Assembly: GCA_002493515.1 (NCBI GenBank)
Contig: DKYZ01000084.1
Span: forward strand, 9 to 64,008
Reading direction: 5' to 3'
Source: Porphyromonadaceae bacterium UBA7087
GTDB lineage: Bacteria > Bacteroidota > Bacteroidia > Bacteroidales > Muribaculaceae
DNA: 64,000 nucleotides
Shown: in pieces, positions 1-10,462 of the stretch
How the letters are laid out: each line of letters starts with the position of its first letter
Position numbering within the stretch: position 1 is the stretch's first letter
Translations under genes and position numbers: made by a program
The notes under the pieces: generated by a model
Seen by the model: the letters and a program-made list of their open reading frames with translations, nothing else
Database searches by the model: none
What the model was told of the DNA's origin: nothing

Positions 1-53
1 GTGAAACACTACCGAATTACGTCAATAATTCTTTATCTACGGAATATTATCCT

Positions 54-61
54 TATCTTTG
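54..61 (+). promoter_or_regulatory. Bacteroidetes sigmaA -7 box (TATCTTTG)
   Basis: Matches TAnnTTTG about 45 nt upstream of the ATG at 105. Confidence 0.6.
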
Positions 62-104
62 TCGGATAATATCAATGCTGTCCAATAAAACATTATAAAA
101 GATT

Positions 105-1427
105 ATGAGCACGTCACGCACACAATTCAGCACCAAATTAGGGATTCTGGCGGCAACCGTCGGATCCGCGGTAGGTTTAGGCAACATCTGGAGATTCCCT
201 TATGAGGCCGGGCAGGGAGGCGGAGGCGCCTTTCTGATATGCTATATCCTTTTCGTCTTCCTTATCGGAGTGCCTGCGATATGCGCGGAGTTCTCCCTGG
301 GACGTTTCTCGCGCTCAGGTATGCCGGTGGCTTACAGAAAGGCCGCCTCAAGCCGACGTTGGGATTTCATAGGATACGCATCGGTCATCGCCGCGTTTCT
401 GATCATCTCCTTCTATTCTGTTGTAGCGGGATGGACTCTTGAATATATCGTAGACTCGGTCTTAGGTCTCTTCCAGTCTACTCCCGACAGTTCCCGCCAC
501 GCACAGTTCGCTGATTTCACAGGCAGCTGGAAGGCCGTAGGCTGGATGGTGGTCTTTCTGCTCATCAATGCGGTCGTGATGCTCGGTGGTGTTCAGAAAG
601 GCATAGAGAGGGTCAGCAACATCCTCATGCCCCTTCTTTTCCTTATCCTTATTGCCTTCTGCATCAACTCCCTGACAATGAGCGGCGCCTCGGAAGGCCT
701 TGGTTTCCTGTTCAAGCCTGACTTCACCAAACTCACTCCGGAAGTTGTGCTCGGAGCCATGGGCCAGGCGTTCTTCTCCCTGTCGCTCGGCATGGGCTGC
801 ATGGTGACATACGCAAGTTACTTCGGCGACGACACCCCCCTCATAAAGACGTCAATCCGCATTGCCCTTCTCGACACCCTTGTGGCCATCATGGCCGGCA
901 TAATCATATTCCCGGCTGTATTCAGCTTCGGAATGTCTCCGGCAGAGGGACCGACTCTCGTCTTCGAGGTGCTTCCCAACATATTTCACGCTATGCCCGG
1001 AGGAAGGATATGGAGCACACTCTTTTTCATTCTTCTGGCCACTGCCTCACTCACTTCCATCATATCCGTCAGCGAGATTATAGTGGCTTTTCTCTGCGAC
1101 GACCTCAGCATGAGCCGTCGCAATGCCACGATAGTGGTCACTGCCATCTCCATTGTAACGGGCATGCTCTGCTCCCTATCCTTCGGGCCGCTCGCCAATC
1201 TCAACCTGTTCAATCTCTTCGATTTCATCTCAAGCAATATCCTGATGACCCTCGGAGGTCTCGGCATTTGCCTGTTCGTAGGCTGGAAAATGGATTCCAA
1301 AGAAGTTGAAAACCAGCTCAGACATGAAAACGGGCATAAAAACGCCTTGTACCGCTACATTCTTTTCTGCATCAGATATGTGGCGCCGGCAGGCATCCTC
1401 ATAGTTTTCATCGCTGGGCTGCTGTGA
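105..1427 (+). CDS. Sodium-dependent transporter, NSS/SNF family
   Basis: GSAVGLGNIWRFPY and GGGAFL signature motifs; polytopic membrane protein. Confidence 0.93.
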   Translation: MSTSRTQFSTKLGILAATVGSAVGLGNIWRFPYEAGQGGGGAFLICYILFVFLIGVPAICAEFSLGRFSRSGMPVAYRKAASSRRWDFIGYASVIAAFLIISFYSVVAGWTLEYIVDSVLGLFQSTPDSSRHAQFADFTGSWKAVGWMVVFLLINAVVMLGGVQKGIERVSNILMPLLFLILIAFCINSLTMSGASEGLGFLFKPDFTKLTPEVVLGAMGQAFFSLSLGMGCMVTYASYFGDDTPLIKTSIRIALLDTLVAIMAGIIIFPAVFSFGMSPAEGPTLVFEVLPNIFHAMPGGRIWSTLFFILLATASLTSIISVSEIIVAFLCDDLSMSRRNATIVVTAISIVTGMLCSLSFGPLANLNLFNLFDFISSNILMTLGGLGICLFVGWKMDSKEVENQLRHENGHKNALYRYILFCIRYVAPAGILIVFIAGLL

Positions 1428-1508
1428 TTCCATACGTTGGATTTCCATATACCGTTTTTTTTGATTAATTTTGTAGCTTACAACATCAAAACCAACTCTC
1501 AACAAAAT

Positions 1509-2321
1509 ATGAAACTCCGCCAATATATGACCGCTCTTCTGATCGGGTCGTCCGCCACAATCGCGTTCGGATGGGGACAGAAGGGACATGACACAGTGGC
1601 TTTCATCGCAGAAAACCATCTGACTCCCGACGCCAAGGCCGCTGTTGAAAACCTCCTCGACGGGAAGTCAATGGTGTATTATGCCAACTGGCTCGACAAC
1701 GCATCCCATACCCCGGAATACGAGTATTCCAAGACATGGCATTACAAAAACATCGATGACGGCCAGACATTCGAAGAGGCTCCCAACCTCGAGACCGGCA
1801 ACATCGTGGAGGCCCTCGAACGGCAGATAGCAATCCTCAACGACAAAAACGCTCCCCAGGAAGAGCGCACGCTCGCGCTGAAGATGGTGATACATCTCGT
1901 AGGAGACATACATCAGCCAATGCATATGGGGCACGCTTCCGACAGGGGGGGCAACCAGTGGACGGTCAATTTCTTCAAGCGCCCAAACAATCTCCATTCC
2001 GTCTGGGATTCCTCTCTCCCTGAGTCAGGCCACAAGTGGAGCTACTCGGAATGGCAGCAGCAGATCGACAGAGCCACTCCCGAGCAGATAATAGAGATCA
2101 CATACGGCGGCACGCCCGCATCCTGGGGAAAGGAGACTTATGAAATATGCAAGGAAGTATACGCCACTACCCCAAGAGATTCCAACATCAGCTACGATTA
2201 TGTGGCGAAATGGACTCCTGTGATCGAGAATCAGTTCCTGAAAGGCGGCCTGAGGCTCGCCGACGTGCTTAACTCCATATTCGATACGGAGTACCTACGC
2301 CAGAACGCTATTGTGAAATAA
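1509..2321 (+). CDS. S1/P1 nuclease family, secreted
   Basis: Signal peptide then WGQKGH; W-H-Y, HLVGDIHQPMH and NLHSVWD zinc motifs; start moved to ATG 1509. Confidence 0.9.
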   Translation: MKLRQYMTALLIGSSATIAFGWGQKGHDTVAFIAENHLTPDAKAAVENLLDGKSMVYYANWLDNASHTPEYEYSKTWHYKNIDDGQTFEEAPNLETGNIVEALERQIAILNDKNAPQEERTLALKMVIHLVGDIHQPMHMGHASDRGGNQWTVNFFKRPNNLHSVWDSSLPESGHKWSYSEWQQQIDRATPEQIIEITYGGTPASWGKETYEICKEVYATTPRDSNISYDYVAKWTPVIENQFLKGGLRLADVLNSIFDTEYLRQNAIVK

Positions 2322-2345
2322 TAAGGCAAAACATAATATCCAGAT

Positions 2346-2849
2346 TTGCAAGATAACCAGAACTACACAGACGGCCGCCGCCCCCGCCTGAATCTTCCAC
2401 CGGCGGATTTGAAAATACGCAGGGACGGCGACATAGTGAGGGTCTTTGATTCCCTCCGTCAGAAATACGTGGTCCTGACTCCCGAGGAATACGTAAGACA
2501 GCATTTCGTAGGATGGATGACCTCGGCGCTGCGCTACCCCAGGACCCTTATGGCCAACGAGGTAGGCATCGAGCTCAACGGCATGCGTCGCCGCTGCGAC
2601 ACTGTCGTGTTCAACCAGGACTCTACGCCGCTAATCATCGTGGAATACAAGGCCCCAGGCGTTGAGGTCAATCAGGATGTCTTCGACCAGATTGTCAGAT
2701 ACAATATGGTGCTCAGGGCTAAATATCTTGTGGTGTCAAACGGCATGCGCCACTACTGCTGCCGCATGGACTATGAAAATGATACCTATCACTTCATACC
2801 GGGAGTGCCTGACTACATGCAGTTGAAATGGACTCCCAACATCAACTGA
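2346..2849 (+). CDS. Stand-alone type I restriction HsdR N-terminal-domain (PD-(D/E)xK) protein
   Basis: LNLPP, LTPEEYVRQ, RRCD, VEYKAP, QIVRYN and SNG motifs; TTG start. Confidence 0.85.
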   Translation: MQDNQNYTDGRRPRLNLPPADLKIRRDGDIVRVFDSLRQKYVVLTPEEYVRQHFVGWMTSALRYPRTLMANEVGIELNGMRRRCDTVVFNQDSTPLIIVEYKAPGVEVNQDVFDQIVRYNMVLRAKYLVVSNGMRHYCCRMDYENDTYHFIPGVPDYMQLKWTPNIN

Positions 2850-2850
2850 G

Positions 2851-5223
2851 ATGACACAGCAACCGAACTACAATTATCTCGACCTTCTCAATGAGCAGCA
2901 AAGAGAGGCCGTGGTCTACAAGGATGGTCCGGCGCTGGTGATTGCCGGCGCCGGGTCAGGCAAGACACGTGTGCTCACTTACAAAATAGTCGACCTCATA
3001 CGCTCCGGCTATGAGCCCTACCGCATCCTCGCCCTTACATTCACCAACAAGGCTGCGAGGGAAATGAAGGAACGTGTGGTCGGCGAGATTGGTGAAAAAA
3101 TTGCGGCAAGATTATGGATGGGCACTTTCCACTCCATTTTCCTCCGCATCCTCCGGCGTCATGCCGAGAATATAGGTTTCAAGGCGGGGTTCACCATATA
3201 TGACTCAGCTGATTCTCGCTCATTGCTGAAACTGATAATCAAGGAGCTCAACCTTGACGACAAAATCTACAAACCCGCCTCCATACAGTCGGAAATCTCA
3301 AGAGCCAAAAACAATCTCATGACTCCCGACATATATATGAGGCAGGAAGACATAAACAAACAGAACTACAGGAGCAAGCGCCCCATGACAGGAGAAATCT
3401 ATTCCATCTACTGCCAAAGGTGCCGGCGTGCCAACGCCATGGATTTCGACGATATCCTCCTGTTCATGAATATCCTGCTGCGCGACAATCCCGATATATG
3501 CCGCCATTACCAGGACTTTTTCCGGTATATTCTTGTCGATGAATACCAGGATACCAATTTCGCACAACATCTGATAATCTCCCGTCTCGGAGGGAAAGAG
3601 AAGAAGATTTGCGTGGTAGGCGACGACGCGCAGAGCATTTACTCTTTCCGTGGCGCCAATATCGCCAATATCCTTGATATGGACAAGAATATTCCCGGTC
3701 TTAGGATATTCAAGCTTGAGCGCAACTACCGCTCAACCCAGAACATCATCAATGCCGCCGGAAGCCTGATAGAGAAAAACACTCATCAGATGCGTAAGCA
3801 CGTCTTCAGCGAGAATGAGACCGGTGAGCCCGTGGCCGTAGTGCAGACCTACAGCGACATGGAGGAGGCTTTTATGGTGGCGAACATGATATCCCGCTCC
3901 AAGCTTACCCACCACGAAAGCTACGACAACTATGCCGTGCTTTACCGCACAAACGCCCAGAGCCGTGTCCTTGAGGAGTCGCTCAGAAAACGAAACATTC
4001 CGTACAGAATATACGGAGGCCTTTCCTTCTATCAGCGGAAAGAGGTGAAGGATATCCTATCATACTTCCGTCTGACCATAAATCCGGATGACGACGAGGC
4101 TCTGCGCCGCATTATCAATTATCCGGCGAGAGGAATCGGAGAGACTACAATGAAAAAGCTGCAGGAGTGTGCCACGCAGGCACAGCAGAGCCTCTGGCAG
4201 ACAATCTCCGATATAGACTCAATGGATATTTCCATCAACTCGGGCACGAGGACCAAGCTGAAGAATTTCAAGCTTCTCATTGATGAGTTCATCTCCGACA
4301 ACAGGGAGGGCTCAGACGCCTACGAGCTTGGACAGCTCATATATAACCGCACAGGCATCCTCACAGCCCTCGCCCATGACAATACTCCGGAAAGCATCAG
4401 CCGCCAGGAGAACCTGTCGGAGGTTCTTGCCGGACTTAAGGATTTTGTAGAGATCAAAAACGAGACAGGAGAGGATGACGTCGACATGAGGTCGTTTCTC
4501 TCCGAGGTGATGCTGGCCACCGACCAGGATACCTCCGACAGCACAGACGAGCCGAAGGTGACGCTCATGACGGCCCATGCCGCCAAAGGACTTGAATTCA
4601 ACCACGTCTACGTCGTGGGCGTGGAGGAAGAGCTTTTCCCTTCGGCGATGAGTATGGATACCATCATGCAGGTTGAGGAGGAAAGACGACTGCTTTACGT
4701 AGCCATGACAAGAGCCAGGAAAACCCTTACACTTACATACGCCGGAAGCCGCTTCCGAAACGGACAGACCGTGCAGACAAAGCCTTCACGTTTTCTTTCG
4801 GATATCGACACCCGCTATCTCAAGATGCAGATGTCGTCGACCATGGGAGATGACCGGAACGGAAATTTCATGAATCCTGTCCTCAACTACCGCAACTCAT
4901 ACTCCGGAGGATTCTCGACCGGATATTCACAGAGTCCAGCTCCGCGTCAGCAAGCATCTGCCAACGCCGCGGCCTCCCCGTCGCCGGCAAGACGGAAGAG
5001 ACTCATATCTCCCGGTAACGGGGCGGCCGAAAGCACTCCTAAAGTGCTGGAAATCCTTAGCAGGATTTCTGTCGGCACCCGAATCCGCCATGGCAAATTC
5101 GGAGAGGGAACAATCACAGACATTGACAAAACCCCGAGGTCGGAAAGGATAGAAGTGAATTTCGACCTAGAAGGACCCAAAAAACTTCTACTTGAATATG
5201 CAATCTTCACAATCATCAGCTGA
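2851..5223 (+). CDS. uvrD: ATP-dependent DNA helicase UvrD/PcrA
   Basis: AGAGSGKT, VDEYQD, NYRS, HAAKGLEF and EERRLLYVAMTRA motifs; C-terminal Tudor-like HGKFGEG. Confidence 0.95.
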   Translation: MTQQPNYNYLDLLNEQQREAVVYKDGPALVIAGAGSGKTRVLTYKIVDLIRSGYEPYRILALTFTNKAAREMKERVVGEIGEKIAARLWMGTFHSIFLRILRRHAENIGFKAGFTIYDSADSRSLLKLIIKELNLDDKIYKPASIQSEISRAKNNLMTPDIYMRQEDINKQNYRSKRPMTGEIYSIYCQRCRRANAMDFDDILLFMNILLRDNPDICRHYQDFFRYILVDEYQDTNFAQHLIISRLGGKEKKICVVGDDAQSIYSFRGANIANILDMDKNIPGLRIFKLERNYRSTQNIINAAGSLIEKNTHQMRKHVFSENETGEPVAVVQTYSDMEEAFMVANMISRSKLTHHESYDNYAVLYRTNAQSRVLEESLRKRNIPYRIYGGLSFYQRKEVKDILSYFRLTINPDDDEALRRIINYPARGIGETTMKKLQECATQAQQSLWQTISDIDSMDISINSGTRTKLKNFKLLIDEFISDNREGSDAYELGQLIYNRTGILTALAHDNTPESISRQENLSEVLAGLKDFVEIKNETGEDDVDMRSFLSEVMLATDQDTSDSTDEPKVTLMTAHAAKGLEFNHVYVVGVEEELFPSAMSMDTIMQVEEERRLLYVAMTRARKTLTLTYAGSRFRNGQTVQTKPSRFLSDIDTRYLKMQMSSTMGDDRNGNFMNPVLNYRNSYSGGFSTGYSQSPAPRQQASANAAASPSPARRKRLISPGNGAAESTPKVLEILSRISVGTRIRHGKFGEGTITDIDKTPRSERIEVNFDLEGPKKLLLEYAIFTIIS

Positions 5224-6385
5224 ACAGGCCCACAATATAATCGCCACGCCATATTATATTGTCTATGAGGATAAACTCAGGCGTAACCTCTCCCTCATCT
5301 CGGAAGTGGCTTCCAAGGCCGACGTGAATATAATAATGGCCTTCAAGGCCAACGCCCTCTGGAAGACCTTCCCTATCATAAGGGAATATGTAAGAGCCTC
5401 AACGGCGAGTTCCCTCAACGAGATGCGTCTCTCGCTTGATTTCCTTGGCGACGAGGTGCATGCCTATTGCCCGGTATACACCGACTCCACTTTCCCGGAA
5501 TTTCTCAAAGGAAGCACCCACATCACGTTTAATTCCCTGAGCCAGTTTTCAAAATACTATCCCCTTATCAAAGCCCATAACGAAACGCTTCGAGATGGGG
5601 AAAGGAAAGTATCCGCCGGCCTTAGGGTAAACCCACGCTGCAGCGTGATCGAGACTGACATCTATAATCCCTGCGTGCCGGGAAGCCGTTTCGGGGAGTT
5701 GGCTGAGAATCTTCCCGAAACTCTGCCCGAAGGGCTTGAAGGTTTCCATTTCCATGCCCTTTGCGAATCCTCAAGCCAGGACCTTGAGAAAGTACTCGAT
5801 GCTTTCTTCTCCCAGTACGGCAAATGGATTCCGCAGCTTAAATGGCTGAATATGGGTGGCGGACATCTAATGACACGTAAGGATTATGACACCGGCCATC
5901 TTATATCGCTTCTGAACGGAATCCACAGGCGGTATCCGCACCTGAAGTTGATTATGGAGCCTGGAAGCGCGTTCACATGGCAGACGGGAGATCTGGTGAC
6001 AGAGGTGCTTGATGTAGTGGAGAACGCCGGTATCAAGACGGCTATCATCGACGCTTCCTTCGCCTGCCATATGCCGGATTGTCTGGAGATGCCGTATAAG
6101 CCGGCGATAGCGGAGGCTTTGCCCGACGATTCGGATTCCGGATATGAATACCGTCTCGGAGGCAATTCATGCCTAAGCGGAGATTTCGTCGGAACCTGGA
6201 AGTTCGACCGGCCGTTGAAAGCAGGCGACCGTCTGACGCTGCTTGACATGAACCATTACACCACGGTCAAGACAAATATGTTCAACGGAATACAGCACCC
6301 CTCCATATGGCTCAAGCCGTTTGGCTCCGAGCCACGTCTGCTCCGCAGCTTCTCTTACGAGGATTACCGGGACCGCATGGACTGA
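5198..6385 (+). CDS. nspC: Carboxynorspermidine decarboxylase
   Basis: HFHALCE, MGGGH, HMPDCLEMPY and TTVKTNMFNG motifs; overlaps the uvrD stop. Confidence 0.92.
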   Translation: MQSSQSSAEQAHNIIATPYYIVYEDKLRRNLSLISEVASKADVNIIMAFKANALWKTFPIIREYVRASTASSLNEMRLSLDFLGDEVHAYCPVYTDSTFPEFLKGSTHITFNSLSQFSKYYPLIKAHNETLRDGERKVSAGLRVNPRCSVIETDIYNPCVPGSRFGELAENLPETLPEGLEGFHFHALCESSSQDLEKVLDAFFSQYGKWIPQLKWLNMGGGHLMTRKDYDTGHLISLLNGIHRRYPHLKLIMEPGSAFTWQTGDLVTEVLDVVENAGIKTAIIDASFACHMPDCLEMPYKPAIAEALPDDSDSGYEYRLGGNSCLSGDFVGTWKFDRPLKAGDRLTLLDMNHYTTVKTNMFNGIQHPSIWLKPFGSEPRLLRSFSYEDYRDRMD

Positions 6386-6423
6386 AATTCACCATTATAC
6401 CATAAAAACCAAACTTACCAGGT

Positions 6424-8820
6424 ATGAACACCATAATTAATCGAAAACTTGCCTTGGCGGCTGTCCTTACAACTGCCACTGCATGGTCTCTGGCTGCGCC
6501 ACTGACGCCACAAGAGGCTATCGAGAGACTGAACGGCGCATCCGGAACACTACGCGCCCCGGCAAAGTCTGGCCTGCAATTGAGACGTATAGCCTCCGAC
6601 AGCCTCGGCAATGCTGCTGTCTATCTTTTCACGCCCTCTGACGGAGATGGCTTTGTGATAGCTTCCGCCGATGATCTCGGAGCCCCTCTTCTCGGCTATT
6701 CCGATTCCGGAACTCTTGATCCGGACAATATGCCACCTGCCATGCAGTGGTGGATGGCGCAATACGCACGCCAGATTGCTCTCGCCAAGGAGGCCGGAGC
6801 ACAACCGTTTCAGGCGGAAATAATCCAGCGTGATGAGATCATGCCTCTTGTCTCAACGAAATGGAATCAAAACTCACCATTCAACGATGAGTGCCCTAAA
6901 TATTCCGGAGAGAATTCCGTGACCGGATGCCTTGCAACAGCCCTTGCCCAGGTAGTGAACTACCACAAATGGCCTAAGGAAAATGGCATCGGCACGCACG
7001 AATATAAATACAACGGGCGTAAATTCTCATTTGACTATGAGAACACGACTTTCGACTGGGACAACATGATTGACGATTATGTTCCCGGAGAATATACCGA
7101 GGAACAGGGTAAGGCCGTGGCCACTCTCATGCATGCGATAGGCGTGGGTCTGGATATGATGTATAGTCCCAACATGAGCGGTGCATACTCATTCTCAGTA
7201 GCCCGCGCGATTATCGAGAATCTCGGATACGACCGTGGAGCGCAATACCTCATGAGAGATTATTTCACTGACCGCGACTGGAACGATATCGTATATGCGG
7301 AATTGGCCGCAGGACGCCCCGTGGTATACTGCGGTGTTGATCCGCAGGGCGGTCATGCTTTTGTCTGCGACGGGTATTCCAATAACGGATTTTTCCATAT
7401 CAACTGGGGCTGGGGTGGAATGTCTGACGGATACTATATGCTTTCCGCGTTGAATCCTGCCACCCAAGGCATCGGAGGTTCGCTGCTGGGATATGGATTC
7501 AATTATTCGCAGGATATCGTTGCCGGCATAATGCCTCCGGCCGAAAACTCCGATTTCTTCATCCCTCTCTACACAAATGGAGATCTCTATACTTATCCCT
7601 ATGTAGACGAAGAGACGGGAGAGAAGGCGGATAAGTTCACATATGTCGATGAGAACGGCTATGAGAACTATGTGATTTACTATTCCGCCATGGCATTGGA
7701 AAATGTGTCGCTCGCTCTCAAGGTTGTCGGCGGCGATGGCAGCGAGACTATCATTTGCCAGTCGGAAATGATGGAAATTCCCGCCACTTCTGCTCAGAAT
7801 GCGGTAGGATTCTTAGGGGTGCCTTTTGACTGCTCCGATACAGGTCTTAGACCCGGACGTTACCGTGTGTCTCCCGTCTGCATCACTGAATCCGGCAGAT
7901 CCAACAGAATCATATCCTCGGCTGATGCCGTCGATTTCGTTATTCTCGAAATTGATGAGGATGGAAACTACAAGCTGGAGCAACCGGAGATAAGCGATAT
8001 GGCACAGATCGCGCTCAACGGACTTTCCGTGTTGTTCACCGGTAATGCAGAAGTTTCCCCCACATATTGTCTGGAAGTCGAGAATATTGACTCGGAGCTT
8101 ACCTTCGACGGCTCCATTCTTGCAGAAATATATGGCCTTGAGATATCCGATCCCGATAAAGACTCCATTCTGCAGTCTGAGATGATTCCTTTCAGGCTTC
8201 CTGCCGGTCAGAAGAGGTCTGTCACCTGGATTTTCAATCCAATTATGGAAGCCGGCGAATATCTGGTTGCATTCAGATCGGCCGATGGCGAGAAGACCCT
8301 CGCCACATACATCATCGACATCCCGGATATCCCGAAACCGGACCTCTCCCTGGAAAATCTCAAGCTGCCCGAACAAATGACGTTCGGAAAGACGAGTACA
8401 ATATCCTTCAGGGTACGCAACAACAGCGACATCAAATACGAGGGCCAGGTGAAGATCCGCATTGCCCGTGAAGACGACGGAAGCGAGTCGTTCACGCAGA
8501 CTGAGAATAAGACAGTGCTTCCCGGAGATTACGAGCGGGTGACATTACGTCTGAAACCCACAGCCGAAACGTTCGGTTCGGAGGGATCATTCATTATCTC
8601 TTTCATCGACAAATGGGGGCGCTCTATAGGGGACGACAGAAAAGTCGGAATTACAGCCGACATAGCCTCTGTCCTTGCCGGAGATGACGTGACGGCAGAT
8701 GTGTATAATCTCCAGGGCATTCTTATCAGGCATAATGCCGGAATATCCGAGATCAACACACTTCCGGGCGGGATCTACGTAGTCAGGACCGCAAAAGGAT
8801 GCTATAAGATAAGCAATTGA
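6424..8820 (+). CDS. C10 (streptopain-like) cysteine peptidase with propeptide and probable T9SS C-terminal domain
   Basis: Signal peptide; WNQ..PFN, TGCLATA (catalytic Cys), GGHAFVCDG and HINWGWGG; C-terminal VYNLQG...LPGGIYVV. Confidence 0.9.
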   Translation: MNTIINRKLALAAVLTTATAWSLAAPLTPQEAIERLNGASGTLRAPAKSGLQLRRIASDSLGNAAVYLFTPSDGDGFVIASADDLGAPLLGYSDSGTLDPDNMPPAMQWWMAQYARQIALAKEAGAQPFQAEIIQRDEIMPLVSTKWNQNSPFNDECPKYSGENSVTGCLATALAQVVNYHKWPKENGIGTHEYKYNGRKFSFDYENTTFDWDNMIDDYVPGEYTEEQGKAVATLMHAIGVGLDMMYSPNMSGAYSFSVARAIIENLGYDRGAQYLMRDYFTDRDWNDIVYAELAAGRPVVYCGVDPQGGHAFVCDGYSNNGFFHINWGWGGMSDGYYMLSALNPATQGIGGSLLGYGFNYSQDIVAGIMPPAENSDFFIPLYTNGDLYTYPYVDEETGEKADKFTYVDENGYENYVIYYSAMALENVSLALKVVGGDGSETIICQSEMMEIPATSAQNAVGFLGVPFDCSDTGLRPGRYRVSPVCITESGRSNRIISSADAVDFVILEIDEDGNYKLEQPEISDMAQIALNGLSVLFTGNAEVSPTYCLEVENIDSELTFDGSILAEIYGLEISDPDKDSILQSEMIPFRLPAGQKRSVTWIFNPIMEAGEYLVAFRSADGEKTLATYIIDIPDIPKPDLSLENLKLPEQMTFGKTSTISFRVRNNSDIKYEGQVKIRIAREDDGSESFTQTENKTVLPGDYERVTLRLKPTAETFGSEGSFIISFIDKWGRSIGDDRKVGITADIASVLAGDDVTADVYNLQGILIRHNAGISEINTLPGGIYVVRTAKGCYKISN

Positions 8821-8835
8821 AAGCCATGATATTAT

Positions 8836-8879
8836 AATAAACTGCGGGAAGACCGGATTGAGTCTTCCCGCAGTTTATT
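8836..8879. terminator. Bidirectional intrinsic terminator
   Basis: 18-bp inverted repeat AATAAACTGCGGGAAGAC / GTCTTCCCGCAGTTTATT between convergent genes. Confidence 0.85.
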
Positions 8880-8899
8880 TATCAGCGGCCGGTTCCATA

Positions 8900-9556
8900 T
8901 CAGAACGAGATGCGCCCCTTCTTGGCCTGCTCCACCATCTTCTTCCCGGGGACAAGATAAATCTCAAGGCGACGGTTGCGTGCCCTGTTGTCCATCGAGT
9001 CGTTGGGCTTCAGCGGCATATCGTCGCCAAGCGCATACGAGAATAGATATGATGTGTCGGAGCCGGATTTCTCATACCATTCGAAAATGGCATTGACTCT
9101 CTGCTCCGTCAGCTCGTCGCGATATTCCTCCGAGCCCGTGTTATCGGTATGCATCACCAGCATCACCCTATACATGTCCGGCTCTCTGAGATAGCGTCTT
9201 ATCGGAGCGAGATAATCTGCAGCCCCAGGTTTGAGCGTCTGTCCGTTGGGAGCGAAAAGAAGGGATGCGGGTATGGTGACAAGAAGCACCTCCTTGTTAC
9301 GGTATGCCTCAACAGTGCAATCGCCCTTGGGATTGTATTTGCCGTTGAGCAGACGGGTCTTTCCCTCCTTGTTCTGGAATTTCTGGATAAGCTCCGAGCT
9401 CTTTTCCACATCCACGGAGTTGAGCATCTCTATAAACGAGAAGTCGTCAAGCTCGTGGATTCTCTCCCCGGGCTTCACCTCCGCGCTGGCTACAGACGGC
9501 GCGACCAACGCGAATGCCGCCATGCAATTATATAAAGTCCTCAAGCGTCTGCTCAT
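8900..9556 (-). CDS. OmpA-like peptidoglycan-binding domain protein
   Basis: Signal peptide; HTDNTGS and NRARNRRLEI motifs. Confidence 0.85.
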   Translation of the reverse strand: MSRRLRTLYNCMAAFALVAPSVASAEVKPGERIHELDDFSFIEMLNSVDVEKSSELIQKFQNKEGKTRLLNGKYNPKGDCTVEAYRNKEVLLVTIPASLLFAPNGQTLKPGAADYLAPIRRYLREPDMYRVMLVMHTDNTGSEEYRDELTEQRVNAIFEWYEKSGSDTSYLFSYALGDDMPLKPNDSMDNRARNRRLEIYLVPGKKMVEQAKKGRISF

Positions 9557-9845
9557 ATGCAAGCTCCCCTTTGACTATAAGGTCCACATCGGCGGGATCC
9601 ATAAGAATCTCCTTGTCTTTTGCAATCTCCTTTTTCACATAAGCTATGAGCGCAGCAACATCCGTATCCTCCTCATCGGTCACCGAAGCGTCGAGACTGA
9701 GATATCCGTTACGCTCGTAATAGTCCCATATCGTGTCTATCACATACAATATCTCGTCGTTGTCATAACGCTCGTTAACATCGGCAGGAAGCATCTCGCG
9801 GATGAATTTCACAGCCTTGTCCTCGTCATATTTGTAATCGTCCAT
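9528..9845 (-). CDS. Small acidic hypothetical protein
   Basis: 105-aa ORF in the operon, gene-like codon usage. Confidence 0.75.
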   Translation of the reverse strand: MDDYKYDEDKAVKFIREMLPADVNERYDNDEILYVIDTIWDYYERNGYLSLDASVTDEEDTDVAALIAYVKKEIAKDKEILMDPADVDLIVKGELAYEQTLEDFI

Positions 9846-9874
9846 AACAATATATTTTTTATCAGGCGTATTGT

Positions 9875-10441
9875 TTATTCATCGTCGTCAGAGTCATTTA
9901 CAGTCTCTTTGTCGTTGATGGAGAGAAGACCCTCCGGCACCGTCATCCGCAGCGTCCTGTTATCGTCATCTATGGCGTCGATAAAATCTTCGGCAAGCGG
10001 AAGGTATATTTCCGACCCGTCGGGACGCTCTACAATCAGCAGGACATTCGCCGTATTGTCGTCTATGCCCGAGACCTTCCCTATTATGCCGTGGCCCGTT
10101 ATTTCCACGTCATAGCCTGCGAGACCGTCAAGGGAATGTATATCCTCCTCCCCGACAAAATCCCGCACGTCTTCCTTTCGTCCGAATATGGTCTTGTTGA
10201 CAAACTTACGTGCCTCTCCCTCGCTGTCCACACCCTCCAGCTTAAGCAGACATGCGGATGAGCCCTTTGGACGCCAGCTCTCAGTGTAGAAAGGCACGAA
10301 AATGCCGTCAAGATCTATTATCAGAGGATAATCCTCGTCAAGAAAGTCCTCGTCGATATCAAGCACGGCATTCAGCTCGCCCTTCAGTGCGTGCGTCTTT
10401 TGGAATTTTCCTATCGGAAAAAGGTCTTCTTCCCTTATCAT
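9875..10441 (-). CDS. rimM: 16S rRNA processing protein RimM
   Basis: IGKFQKTHALKGEL N-terminus; PRC-barrel C-terminus; follows murA. Confidence 0.9.
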   Translation of the reverse strand: MIREEDLFPIGKFQKTHALKGELNAVLDIDEDFLDEDYPLIIDLDGIFVPFYTESWRPKGSSACLLKLEGVDSEGEARKFVNKTIFGRKEDVRDFVGEEDIHSLDGLAGYDVEITGHGIIGKVSGIDDNTANVLLIVERPDGSEIYLPLAEDFIDAIDDDNRTLRMTVPEGLLSINDKETVNDSDDDE

Positions 10442-10462
10442 TATTCTTTATTCTTTCTCTTT

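Noticed and set aside
2346-2849. HsdR-N as part of the hsdM system at 63321
   Set aside because: 60 kb away, has no helicase domain and belongs to a stand-alone family
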